Assembly (NCBI GenBank): GCA_030141605.1
Contig: JAQGDQ010000048.1
Span: 558,001 to 622,000, forward strand
Direction: 5' to 3'
DNA from: Tubiluchus corallicola
Lineage: Eukaryota > Animalia > Priapulida
DNA length: 64,000 nucleotides
The translations under genes and the position numbers were made by a program. The notes under the pieces are model-generated. The model saw nothing but the letters and a program-made list of their open reading frames with translations. It was not told where the DNA came from and ran no database searches. Numbering within the stretch: the first letter of the stretch is position 1; the number at the start of each line of letters is the position of its first letter. Shown here in pieces: positions 51,801 through 64,000 of the stretch.

Positions 51801-54800
51801 TTCGTGATTACACGAAACAGTTTGTGTACAAAAAAGTATAAATTGTTAACTAGTACACTGAACTATAAACCGTTAACTAGTACACTAAACTATAAATCGT
51901 TAACTAGTACACTAAACTATAAATCGTTAACTAGTACACTAAACTATAAATCGTTAACTAGTACACTGAACTATAAATCGTTAACTAGTACACTAAACTA
52001 TAAATCGTTAACTAGTACACTAAACTATAAATCGTTAACTAGTACACTAAACTATAAATCGTTAACTAGTACACTGAACTATAAACCGTTAACTAGTACA
52101 CTAAACTATAAATCGTTAACTAGTATGCTGAAGAACTAATTTTATGTACGTGAAATGGATGAGTATTTTTACTGTTATGTTTTTATATATAATTTATCAT
52201 TCTCACATAAGGTTTTGAGATTCATATGCTGTGTTTTGAGATTCACATAAAATGTAAAATACTAGATGAATGATTTGTTGTGTTTATTATAACTATTAAG
52301 TTACTTTGTTTAATTTTACTTTACTTTACTTCACTTTGCTGCACATCAAAATTTTTACTATAATGTCAAGGTTTTTACTTTTTAATTAACAAAGTTTATA
52401 GATTGTAAATTTAACTTCTACAAAAAGTCTATTATAGATTATTTATGTTATATTTCAAGGTTTTGACTGCAGAACGCCACAAGAGTGGATGGACCTCGGC
52501 CGCTGTGACGGAAAACAAAGACCCATTCCTGCCAAAGCTTTGCTACCTGTTGAAGGAGGTAAAGAATACCCTTTCTGAAAAGAGGCTTGTGTTGTCAAAT
52601 CACAGTAAAGTTGCAAAATAGTTCGTTTGTGGTGTATTACTCCTTTTTGAAATTTGTTGCATATTAAAAATTTACTTTTATTCGTTTTTATACAGGCTTA
52701 GATCATGAGTGGCAATCTGTTGGTGTTGTAAAATATGAGGCAATATCCAATATGTGTGTTGTAAAAAGAACAAAGCCTGGTGGTGCAGTTCTAGAAGCTG
52801 GCAAGTATTAATTCTTGTGCACTTATGTTTAAATTTTCCTTTTTTTAGTTGCATTTATTTGTTTGTAGCTTATTCGAGGGTTGTTAAAGACAGGTATGTT
52901 TGTTCTATTTTTGAACTATTAGACAGGACTTTTATTTGTTGGATATTCACTTGCACTCCAAACTAACCAAACTACTTTTTGACGTTTGATTTCTTGATGG
53001 ATAGACTTTGTGCATACACATCAAGTTTTTGTAAATTAATCTTTTTCAGGTGATCGGCTATTTGTGGTACCAAGAATTAGGTTGTTGTTTTCCGCAGAGG
53101 AACCACAGAAGTTTGCGAATAGGATTCAACATGCTCTTAAACAAAGAGATGAAACAGAAGCTTTACTCAGGTATCTTAGCATGTGTTTACATATTACCTT
53201 GTTCTGTATTACTGTTTGAATTGGCAAGTGTTTGGCATCTTTTGCAAATTGTTGTTTGTTAAGAAAGTCTACCCTATGTTTATCATTTACTATATTCATT
53301 TTCACTCAGACTTTTTATGCAGAGCTAATAAATTAAAAGGTGGATATTTTTTGTGTTGATTTTCTGTTGTTTAGATTTTCAGCCGTATTTGAAGTCTGAT
53401 TTACAGGTTGTATTATTGACATTTGGCTACTAAAGCTACTCATATACAGCAATGGTGTAGGCTTCAGTTTATCCCAGGAAGCTGTTCTTCTCTTTTCTTG
53501 TGATGTTAGAGTTGTTTCATTGGGTAATTTCATATGGTCCAAGTAAAAAATACTGTAAATGTGTACAGTGAATGTGCTTTGAACAGCAATTTTTGAAATT
53601 GTCTATAGCTGTTATTTGAAGGAATGACATTATTTTGATACAGTAAACGACAAGTTGCAAATTAATACGTTCTCTGTGAGAAGCTGTTTTAAGCTTACAC
53701 TGTTTCAGAATAATTTTGCACAAAATTTTTGTCACAGAGACTGACCAGCAGAATAGGACAGATCCGATATCTTAGTATTTTATATTGTGTAATAGTAAAT
53801 TTTCGGTCTATAACGATATTTTAAGGTTGAAATATTTTTATCGGTGTGTCCTTTTTTAGGTACAACCTGTACATTGACTGCATGCCTACTGATAGCTCCA
53901 TTTCAATGGATGATGAAATGTTGAAGAGAATCTTGGCATTGGCAGTGCAACCATTGAAAACGTGGTATAGCAAGTCTATTTCTGCTTTTAATTTTTATCA
54001 AAGCAATTCTTAGCATAATTTATAATGAATTATGCTGTGCTTCAATTGTGATTTATCTTTTTGAAAACAAGCTGGTGACCTATCATAAAGTGTTTTTACT
54101 AAGTTGTTGCTTTTAGTATGTATTTTCCACCTTGAAAAGTTGCTGGCTGTTTTTTGTTTGTTTTGATAGTTTGAGGCATTCTTGCATCTCAAATGTTTTG
54201 GTCCTATTGTTTGCATCTCCTGTAATTTGTTCTAGTTTAAAGACTTGTGAAGAAGATTTAATCCAGGACATAAAGCGTGATTTTTGTCGTACAATGAATA
54301 AGATGGCATTTGATGCTACAGTTAGGAATTATCCCAAAGCCTTTCCATTTATCACATTACCAAATGAACCAGCACAAACATCACCAGAATCAGGTATGAG
54401 TAACTGTTTTTTTTTGTTGCATGACTTGTCCATGGCATAATTCACATTTATTTGAATGCTAGCTGATTATAAAAAGCAGTCCAGCAAATTTTTGAATGGT
54501 AAGATGAGAAAACAGAAAATCTAGTTAAGGTGCTGCAGACTCTTATAGACATCATTTTTAGTTTATCATTCCTTGAATATTTCTAATGATTGTATAATCA
54601 AATTATTTGAAATGGCTGCTTTCACATCTTCATAATTTACTTTATGAAGCTAAACTTATAGTATAAAGTTAAACTCACACAGTCAGGGTTGTTTTTATCT
54701 CACTAAATCCTATTTTCAGTAACCAAAGACGTTTTTCTTCCCCTTAATGGTCCAAACGTACATTTATTTTATGGAGTTTAAAATGTGCAAAAATGTAGTA

Positions 54801-57800
54801 TTTAACCATAATTTCGGATTCGAACATGCATGTTTCAAGTTGAAATACTTGTTGTCAGAAATTAATTTTTATATTCATCTCATTTTTAAGTTAGAATTTT
54901 TCTACATTTAAGCTGCCATTCTAATAATACATTTTCCATGTTTTGCAGACTTTTTGTGGTAGTGAATACATATTTCTTTTTTTAGTACCTTTAGTAATCA
55001 AATTTTTTTTGGTATTGTTAATTCTGTTCTGTGCAGAAGCACTGTTTATATTTTGTAGATTTTCTTTTAATTCTTCTCTTGTAATGTGATATAGGTTATG
55101 CTGTATCCTGCCAGAAAGGAGAACTTGCCAAGACACGCCAGCAGTTTGCATTTAAATCAATTCATAACTGTCCAGAGGCCATTGAAGCAGCTGTAAAAGT
55201 GAGAACGGAATGCAATAAGGTAAAACTGTAACATGGTTTTTATTAATGAGTCGGTGTTGTTAATAACAGTAATTTGCAAAAAGGCTCTGGTAATAATAAA
55301 ACTTCTAAATAATCTCTTTTAATAGTTGGAAGACAAGTTAGAAAGTTCGTATAAGCAATAATTAGATTTTGTAATTTGCAACTAGGTAAACCCTGTGCAC
55401 GAGAGTACATTAATAAGATTCTTTGTGCATCTGTCTGGTGTTTAAAAGGCTAAAGATTTAATTGCTGGGCCAAATCCCAAATATATTTTTCACTAAACAC
55501 CTTCCAGAAACTTTTGAGGTTCTGTTGTTCAGATGCATTCATTTCTTCATTGTTAAGACTTTCAAAACCAATTTAAATGTTTGTTGTATGAGGTTTATTA
55601 TAACACCCATTAACAACTTGAAGCCACAGCTTCCATCAGGTTATTGTTATTTTAAATGTATATATAATACTACAATGTTGTTTTTTAAATTAAAAAATTA
55701 TGATTAATTGTTTTTAAAATGGCCAAAAACTGTGGCGAAAACATGTCAGAGGTGATATTTATTTAATTTTATTCTAATACTGAGCAGCCATAAATTCTGT
55801 GCTGCTTTGTTTACATTGTAAAATTGTAGATTTTTTGCCACATCACAATTGTGTTTCATTTGCTATCTTAGGTTCAGGCGATGTCACTTTTCAACACGCA
55901 ACAGACTAAAACAATGAGGTTAGAGGAGTTTGAACTGACACACAGTCAAGTCACAGCTCAGGTATTTTTGGTCTTTTTGTTAAATTTCTCGTAGACAGTT
56001 TCCTATACTGCATTGTAAAACATTTTAGTATTATTTCTAGTCTTTTTATTAGTTTACTTTTTATAACATTTTTTATTTTTAATATAGTTATGTGCGCTTT
56101 TTCACTACTTTATTGGGTACTGCTAGTTGGTTCAGATTAATATAAATGTAGCGTTGCTACGCAGATAATGGTCTGTCTGTCTAGCGGCTCAAACTGCACG
56201 TAGGTGATCTTATTTCTCATTTTTTCTCCCAAATGATTTTTCAGAATATGATGTAAAACATTAGTCTATTAGCCTTTTAGACTTTTAGATATTTTAGTAG
56301 TGCGACAGTTCATTGGTATCACCGTAAATATTAAACAACAATTTCTCTGTGCCTTTCAATAATTATTTTCAATAGTAGAGGCAGCAAACTAGACCTGTAA
56401 GTATTGATCTAGAAGAATAAAAATTTCGGAATTGCTGTAAAAGATACTGTTTAAGTGATAGCATGATGATGTTATTTATTATTGTATTTATGCAGGTTAC
56501 GAACTTTCTGCATGATCAGTGGATAATGACATTAAAGCAAAATGTGAGAACCAGCTTACAGGATGCTGGAAAGGGATGGTACAATCTCATGGAATCCTCT
56601 TGGGAGATTTACACCATGTCAAAGGTCTGCAAGTTCATGGAGAAAGTAAGGTTTTGCATGCAGGTAATTGCTAAACACAAATATTTAATTTCATATATCA
56701 CTATTGCTTTATATTGTAAAGTGATTGCATCCGTCATTTGGCAAAATTTCGTTGAGAAACAATTATCTACAGAGCAAGACATGCATGAAATTTCTGATAC
56801 CATCCAAATTTGCAAAATTCCAAAATCGGCAAATTTGCTGATACCATCCAAAAAATTTTAAGTTTGAATATTGAGTAGAATCGTTTCTGGTTCCACTTGA
56901 GATTAAAGGTGACTACTCAGTATTGTGGATTCTTTGGAAAAAAGGGCATTTATTGTGTCCAAAAAAAGTTATTGTTACGTTACAATGAGTAACAAGTATG
57001 CAGCTATCTCATAAATTGGGAATCTACCCCATGGGAGCAGGAAATATGATACAGTGACCATATCTGTTGAGCAAGGTGCTAAATTTAAGGAAAAAGTTTT
57101 GCGACTATCTTAACATGGTGCTTGAACTACCACTGCATGTTTATCTTTGTGTAGTCAGTAGGTTCAGTAAGACACTGTTTAATCAGATTGAAGCATGACA
57201 TGTCTGTTGCCTATGTAAGCTACTATTCATAGGACTATGAAATAAAATTGTCAGTTCAATTCTATTTAGTTCATAGATTCTGCTTTGCTGTTGCGTGTAA
57301 TATTACTCTTTTCACTTGATAGCGTAGATGTTGTCGCATTGATTTTTAGAATGACGACCGTATTTGTTGCTTGCTGTGCATTGTCTTTTTCCAAATAGGA
57401 CCTTATTGAGAAATAGTGCTAGCAGTTACATAAAGTTAATTTAATTATTGCCCATTACAGCTTGATATTAGATTGTGGTTTATGCTAAAATCATTAAAAC
57501 GTCCACTACTCAGAAGACTGTCATTGAAACTCCCAGCACTCAATGGTATAGTTGAATTATACAATCTAATTAAACTAATATGGAATCAGTTTTGTTTTCT
57601 TATATTTCTGTAAATGACAGATACCTTTGATAGTAATAAATTATGAATATTAGATTTATTTTGTTTCATTTAGGATGCAATGAGATATTTGGTGTTGAAT
57701 TCACTACATGCTTTCACTCAGCTTATTAGCGATGCATGTTCTTATGTAAAAGATTGCAAGGCTGATATGAAGTGGGAAGATGATCTTTTGACAAGTCCCT

Positions 57801-60800
57801 ATAAGTATGGTTTTTAAACTTTTTTTATTTTTGAAAATTTACATTTTGCAATTTGAAGGATTCTTACTAGTTAGAATCTCAAGTTTTATATTATTATTAT
57901 TATATATTATTTTCATACGTTCGTCTTTTTTGAGATGCTGAAGCTGCACATGGCTACATCATTTAGATAAGAAATAATATTATAATAGAGATATTTAGTG
58001 AAATGGAACAGAATAGGCATAAATGTTTTACCAATTTTTTATGACTGTGATGTACTCGCATTTAGAAATATGCATTTTCTTGACTCAAGTATTTCCTATA
58101 ACTGTTGATTTCTCTGTCTTTGCTGTCATTATGGTTTATTTTTATTGAAGCAGTATGTATTTTTTCTGGACAGGCAAAAACTAAAATTTCCTCCATTTTT
58201 TGTGGATTTGGTAGTTGATCAGAGTGGAGTCCACTATAGTACAGACTTGGAGTTATTTGCTACAGTCACACTGAATCTGTTTGAAAAAGCTCTTCAATTG
58301 ACACAGACTATACCTCAGCTGGAACCGGTAATTTAGTTAAATAATGTATGAAAGCTACATTTACATAGTAGTAGTAATTTATTGACTGTAATATCATATC
58401 ATAGATATCATACATTTATATCATTGAGCTTCCACTCAATTTAGGTGCCAAATTGTTTTTTAGACACAGTATCCATACACTTATATCTCGGTTTGCCAGA
58501 CAAACGCCAGGAGACGCCGGTCCAAATTTGACGATTATCTGTATTTACAGATATTAAGCTAATACAGTAGGCGCCGTGTATTAGATTCACGGTAATGTAG
58601 AACCAATTGCCTAATTGTCTCAAAAGCTTCTAGTACGGACCGCTCCTATGCAAAAGCTTATAAAACTTGGCAATTGACTCAGTTAAACTGCTTAAACATG
58701 CTGATTAAACCACATAAACACGCTGACGTAATGATGTAAACAAAGTGACGGCCCGCCAACTAGTGGTCAGCTCGCGAAACATCAGCCTGTGTCCGTAATA
58801 TACTGGGCTTTTTAACAGTCCAGATTTTGTCCGATTCTTCTGATATCCGTAAAATTGAGGTCTGGCAAACCCAGATATGGGTGTACCTGTTTTCGATCGA
58901 AAGTCTTAAAGAACTTCTTTCTTTTAAATTTGAAAGTTCATTGATACCGCAGTGTTAGAATTGTTTACATTTTCATAGTAGTAATAAACTCTGCTTTGCA
59001 TAGTCAAGCTAATTTTTTTCTTATCCTGTTTAGCATGTCATGAGTGAACTGTTCTGGCTTGGACAAAACCCACTACTAGAAAGTGTTGGTAAACATGAAC
59101 CAGAAGTTGAAGCAATGAGGTCCATCTTGTGTAGTTCTGTGCAAGCTTCTATATATCCTGTTACTGCTTATGCTGTAAAATACGAAGCTCGACTAGACTT
59201 GTTTTTCCTTGATGTAAAACAGTACATCAAGTATGACTGCTTTTGTGATCACTGTTTTGTTACTATTTTTATTTGATGTTGTCATGAAAATGAAGCATTT
59301 GGGCAGTCTTAGGAATTGGTATTAAGTATTGACTCATTTATTTGCTTTTGTTTTTGAAAGTAATCTGTGATTCATTGTTACTCATTTACATTTACCAGAC
59401 AGTTATGACAGACATTAATAAAAAGTATTGTGTTGAAGATCTTATTGGTTCTCAGTCTGTTATTTCCATAGCCCATATGTATATTTACATATTACTTTTC
59501 TGTTTTTTTCCCAGTTTTCTTATTATTTCATATCAAGTGATTGTGCTGATTTGATTTTGATAACTACTGTTCAATTGGTAGCATAGTCACATTGCAAATG
59601 CACAAATCAAATTAATTCTTCAGAAGAACTGCCTCAGTTATATGACTATGGCTGTAAGCAACCAAATGTAAAGTTATATGTTCCTACCGATCAAAGAAGT
59701 GTGCTTGTTGCATCTTATGTTTTGGTATGCGATTAGAATTGGTCATTTCAATTATAGACTCAATTATACAAAAATGCGTTGCCTTGACCAGGTTTGCAGT
59801 GCACAGAGCTAACAACGGTTTTTTAATGACTAAAGTAATTACATTACACAATAAAAATGTTTTCGATTAGTTCAGTGAGTTGGACTCACTTCCAATGTCA
59901 CTTAGAGTTCCATTTATTCGCCTTTTGATTTAAAAATTACTCAGGTTATAAATGTAGAAGCTTTTATTTGTTGGCATTTGTTAAAAAGAACTTGCAAATG
60001 GTAAATCTCTTTACCTGACTTTTTCTTAGCTGCTTAAGCCTTTAGTCACATGCGCATTGCTTCATATTGTAGGTTGGAAAGTGTCCTATGATAATTAAAC
60101 CTGGGAATTCATCTATAAACTTAGCTGGCTGTGTTTTCGTATAATAATTATTATGATGACAATAAGAGAAAAAATTAATTATATTTGTTTTAGGGCATAT
60201 GATTCTCAGCATCATAGTGCAGCTGAGTTTAGAAAAGAGATCAGCATGCACTTGGCAGAGAAACAAACACTTGAAGCAACGATTCCACCAAACATCGTTA
60301 TAGGCGCTTTCTACATCAACACTGACACTGTCAAGCAAAATCTAATAAAGAAACGCAAAGCTATTGCTGTTGCATTACAGGAGTTGCTGGCTACAACTTT
60401 ACGTATAGAAGCAGTGCAGGTAGGTAACTGCAGAAGCATAGAAGTATTGGTGGGGCGAATCATTTTTCAGAATTTATTTTGAGGGATTCTATTGTTTGTT
60501 TATAGCTGATTAATGAATACAAAAACATCAGCAAAAGACTATATGAAAAGCCGCAGTGCATGGAGGATTTGTCTGAGACGCGTGAATGGATGCTTACTAT
60601 TCCTGAGATGATGGAGGAATTACAAGAAAAAGCTGCTGTTGTCATAGAAGATCACAACGTCTTGGAAGAATTCTGGTTTCCTTTGAGTGGTGATGGTTTT
60701 TCTTCACTGTAAGCTAATGCTGATTTGTCAGTTTTATTAAAAAAAGCAACTAATTTTTCTGTATGATTATTTTTGTACTTCAATATTTATGTATGTTTTA

Positions 60801-62920
60801 TTCCACTTTAATTTAATTTGAGATAAATGGCTACCAGTGGTGGTTACTTGTTATTCATGCTATTTGTCAAATAACAATTCATTGTTTTTTAACTCTCTAC
60901 TAATGCTTATGCTAAAGTTCTAAATTAAAGTGAATAGCCGAATTTCTGCCTTGGTAACAGTTGAATTTTTATATGAGAAATGTAAAATAAAAACTTAAAA
61001 AACTAAAATGTATGAGCGAAAAACACATGGCAGTACAAAAATGTGAAAATATCTAGTTAAATGAAAACATTTTCAATTTCAATGATGATGTAACTAGAAT
61101 GTGTACAAATATAATCTTTTATGTTAAGAATATGCATTATTATGCGAGAGTTGCACTCTTAGATTATAGCATTTTCACACGTTTGCTAGCTAACTGTTAG
61201 ATGTGATAGTTGCTAGAGAACTTAACTACATTGTCTGAATAGGTGGACACTAATTGGCTGGCCACATAACCTTGAGTCACAAATTGAAGAAGTTGTTCAG
61301 CAGCACCTGGAAGATGAAGAGAGATTTAGACGAATCCAGCAAACTGACCAAGTTAATTTTGATGATAGGCTGGATGGTGTGAGGGTAAGGTTTATATTAC
61401 CGTAGTCGTCGACTTATAACCACAATCACTTCTGGGACTAATTGGTCTTAAGATGAGTAGGATACAAATCAGGTCCATATGTTCAAGGAGTTGTGTCCCT
61501 AACTGTAAGATATTGTATGTACGTGCAGTAAGCGTGGTGGTGCTGCGGATGAATTTATCGAAAGAGATGGAAAAAATGGAAATATTAGTTATAATTAGTT
61601 TTGTGTAATTAATTAATCAAGTTCTGGTCAAGTCGTAAAGTCGAGCAGTCGTGAGTTGCATAAGTTGTAAGTCGACGACTGCCTGTATAGAATTAGTTTG
61701 TCAACCTCAGGATGATAGCACAAGAAGGATTGTCAGCTTGACACAGCTTGACGTGTAAGGATCAATTAGCTGTTTCTTTCCTTTTCGTGTAATATTTTTG
61801 TATTAGCTATCTCTCTGTATAATACTTGTGATGCATTTTTGCAGATCACCTCAGTTTCACTGGATGGCAGTACAATGTCAGGCCATATTCTGTTGTTTCT
61901 CATCATCATTTTGCATCATTTCACTTATCACATCTTTTTACATTGGCAACATCATATCATTTCTCATCAGATTTGTATACTTTATCACCCCTTGTCGTAT
62001 GTTGAAGTCGTAGTCAAAATGGTAGTCAAAATAAGAAACTTGTTTATATGGCTATTTAAATATTAAATGGTTAATAGTTTTAAGTTAGCATTCGGAGACC
62101 GCCAATATGTTGCTTGTGTTTAACTGCATCTGAAATAATGCTTTGATCATGAAAATGGCTATCAGCCATAAAATAACCTCTCCAATCTCCAGTAATTAAT
62201 TGCAAACTAAACAGTGCAAGATCAGAAGAAAATTATCGAACAGAATTTTTGTACTGTAGATTAGTACGTATAAATATGAATTGATTTAGACTACTAAAAA
62301 CAATTTATTAATATGCATTGGTATTACCATTTCTTTCAAGCCTGCATGTGGCTAATACATAGGTTTTTTTCACAAGTCGACCAATTGAATTAGTTTGCAT
62401 AAGCATGCGTTAAAGAAAGAATGAGTTTTATTTAATTTGAGGGTGAAAGAAGAACTGAATAGTCTTGGTGCTTGCTCAGCTGCAAAGTTGTGCAGTGACA
62501 GACTTGACTTACAACTGGATGGGTGACTACCTGTTTAATGTTCTAAGCAGTTTTTGCAAAGTGTGATACATGTCTCTTTTCAAGGACGTATTTACCTCTG
62601 ATTGTGGATTAGACATTTCCGCCACTTCATTGTGTCATCTCAAATGATCATGTTTGATAACCAGGCATGTTCCAGTTCTTCTGCTACTGACTATATTAGC
62701 AAATTGTGCACTTAGTGCTGGATACAGACTGTAACATACAAATAATGTGCTGTCTGTATTTTAGATGATTGTGACGGCTCTTGGTGGTTACTCTGACATG
62801 CACAGAGCACATGAGTATGCTAATGAAGTGAGACGTATGGCTAAGCAACTGAAAGAATGTCAACAGCTTGCTAATTTATACAATCACAGGGAACGCTTGT
62901 TCAACATGACTGTTACAAGT
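45881..62920 (+). CDS. DNAH1: Axonemal inner-arm dynein heavy chain 1-like, N-terminal tail (continues past window end)
   Basis: Exons: 45881-46006, 46559-46717, 50718-50839 (DFLKKSYEPKVQLP..PRRVEIGRR), 51323-51456 (FLPLEVFDD), 52460-52558 (FDCRTPQEW), 52696-52800, 53050-53170 (VPRIRLLFSAEEP), 53860-~53964 (YNLYIDCMP), 54236-54393, 55095-55219, 55872-55961, 56496-56663 (GKGWYNL), 57674-57804, 58174-58327, 59034-59230, 60194-60419, 60506-60708, 61243-61384, 62765-62920 (RAHEYANEVRR..YNHRERLF). These match the DNAH1 N-terminus as recalled. Confidence 0.92.
48300..50400 (+). mobile_element. Decayed L2/Crack-like LINE (RT plus 3' UTR) in DNAH1 intron
   Basis: YRPISLLSPVSKVFE, YQFGFRKNYST, GIRGLPLQLIQSYITNRKQF, GVLQGSNLGPLLFLIYI, KYLGLLIDNKLTW, RGVKLWNSLP across frameshifts; GC-rich 3' stem-loop-like segment ~50253-50298, then AATAAA and short repeats. 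Confidence 0.92.
51834..52130. repeat. 27-bp minisatellite, 11 copies
   Basis: Unit AACTATAAATCGTTAACTAGTACACTA, near-identical copies; lies in a DNAH1 intron. Confidence 0.97.
58478..58883. mobile_element. TA-flanked MITE with ~24-bp terminal inverted repeats
   Basis: Left CACTTATATCTCGGTTTGCCAGAC versus right (reverse complement) CACCCATATCTGGGTTTGCCAGAC; TA on both sides. Confidence 0.78.
61400..61685. mobile_element. Tigger/pogo-like MITE
   Basis: Left CCGTAGTCGTCGACTTATAAC versus right (reverse complement) CAGGCAGTCGTCGACTTACAAC; TA flanks. Confidence 0.75.
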
Positions 62921-64000
62921 GTAAGTAAACTCTATATAAGTAAACACTAAAAAACAATTGAGAAACTGTAGTATGATAATACAGTGCACAATGGAATTAA
63001 TAATATAGTATGTTTGATAATACAGTGTGTATAGTGAGTATAGTTTTATGAATATATCGTCATACTTTAAAGTATTATAAAATAAAACCTATTTTTAAAG
63101 TTAACCAAATGGATATCATTAGTGCAGGGTTTGTTTAGGGCTGCTGGTGTTTCCTGTTTTTATTTTGATGTGTCTGTATTTCTCACAAAGAAAAAGTTAT
63201 TCTAAAATATTAAAACACTACCAAGGAATGAAATCCTGCACTTATTTGGAATGACTGTGTATGCAGTATGTACTAAGATATAATGGATGTGGCTGACTTA
63301 CGTATTTTATCTTCTTTTCTAAGACAAATACAGGTGTTTCAAAGATTTGTGATTTGTGCTGGATTAAATGTAATGACAACATAATTTGTATTCAGTGCTT
63401 CCTTTTGCATTTCTGCTCACTTTATTTTGTCATAGACAATAAAGTAAATATTACGGGAAAAAGTTGATGTCCCATTCAGACAAAGTGGTTTTGTGTAGGA
63501 CCAGCACACAATAGTTCTACCAATGCTGTGTAGTGTCGTTTATAGTTTTAAAGACTATGTGTTACTTATGCCGAGTATCATGTTATTCAACTGTGCCTTT
63601 ACTGAAACTTCACTTAAAATATAAAAAAATATCTTTTTTCAATGGCAAGTATACAGCTATTAATTTGTGTGAAACTAACTATCAAAGGCTGATGAGTTAC
63701 ACATTATTACTTATCTGGTCCTTTATTTGGTGGAGATTGCAACCAAAATTGAGCAAAACTGAGTTGTCATTAATTAGACAGATGACACATGGAATACAAT
63801 TTCTAGGTATGTCATCTGCCATACTGCTATTGGCTGCTTACCTCACTGAGGGATTATATAAGTACATATGGATATGGCTAAGACACTTGCCACTTCACTG
63901 TTTCATATTAAAGGATTGTTCTCGATAATGTGCTAAATTCCAATCTTGCTACAGCCAGCTAAGTTAAGTAGGTCCTAGAATGATTGCTTGATTAAATATT

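Noticed and set aside
51804-52139. 111-aa ORF of NYKSLTSTL repeats; array superficially CRISPR-like; unit resembles part of the E. coli trp operator (GTTAACTAGTAC)
   Set aside because: The ORF is a by-product of a stop-free 27-bp unit in an intron; there are no unique spacers or cas genes; the operator match is short and the context is eukaryotic.
53171-53859. DNAH1 intron starting GTATCTTAG as a second U12 intron
   Set aside because: Deviates from GTATCCTT and no CCTTRAC-like branch site precedes the acceptor.
61839-62066. His-rich ORFs after a CAG acceptor in a DNAH1 intron
   Set aside because: CAT-rich low-complexity sequence; the flanking dynein exons join in frame without it and it has no dynein similarity.

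Overview
AT-rich, intron-containing DNA from an invertebrate animal; the receptor resembles protostome LGR1, but the species cannot be identified from sequence alone. Four spliced genes were reconstructed by hand from splice sites and reading-frame phase: (1) the 3' part of a type-A LGR/glycoprotein-hormone receptor (+, ends at 5106); (2) a DNAJC4-like J-protein (-, 7282-12619); (3) a CEP170-like FHA-domain centrosomal protein (+, 20165-40782); (4) the 5' part of a DNAH1-like axonemal dynein heavy chain (+, from ~45.9 kb, running off the window). Introns and intergenic DNA carry decayed CR1 and L2/Crack LINEs, a solo LTR with a 5-bp TSD, a TTAA-flanked insertion nested in a CR1, several TA-flanked MITEs and tandem repeats. 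The most notable observations are an in-frame TAA in an otherwise intact LRR exon of the receptor, a U12-type AT-AC intron in CEP170, a fully paired 32-bp hairpin in a CEP170 intron, a duplicated conserved CEP170 motif, a His/Cys-rich CEP170 insert, a probable GC-AG intron in the dynein and a minisatellite with higher-order structure. No clearly new multi-gene system was found. All homology statements are from recalled motifs, not database searches.
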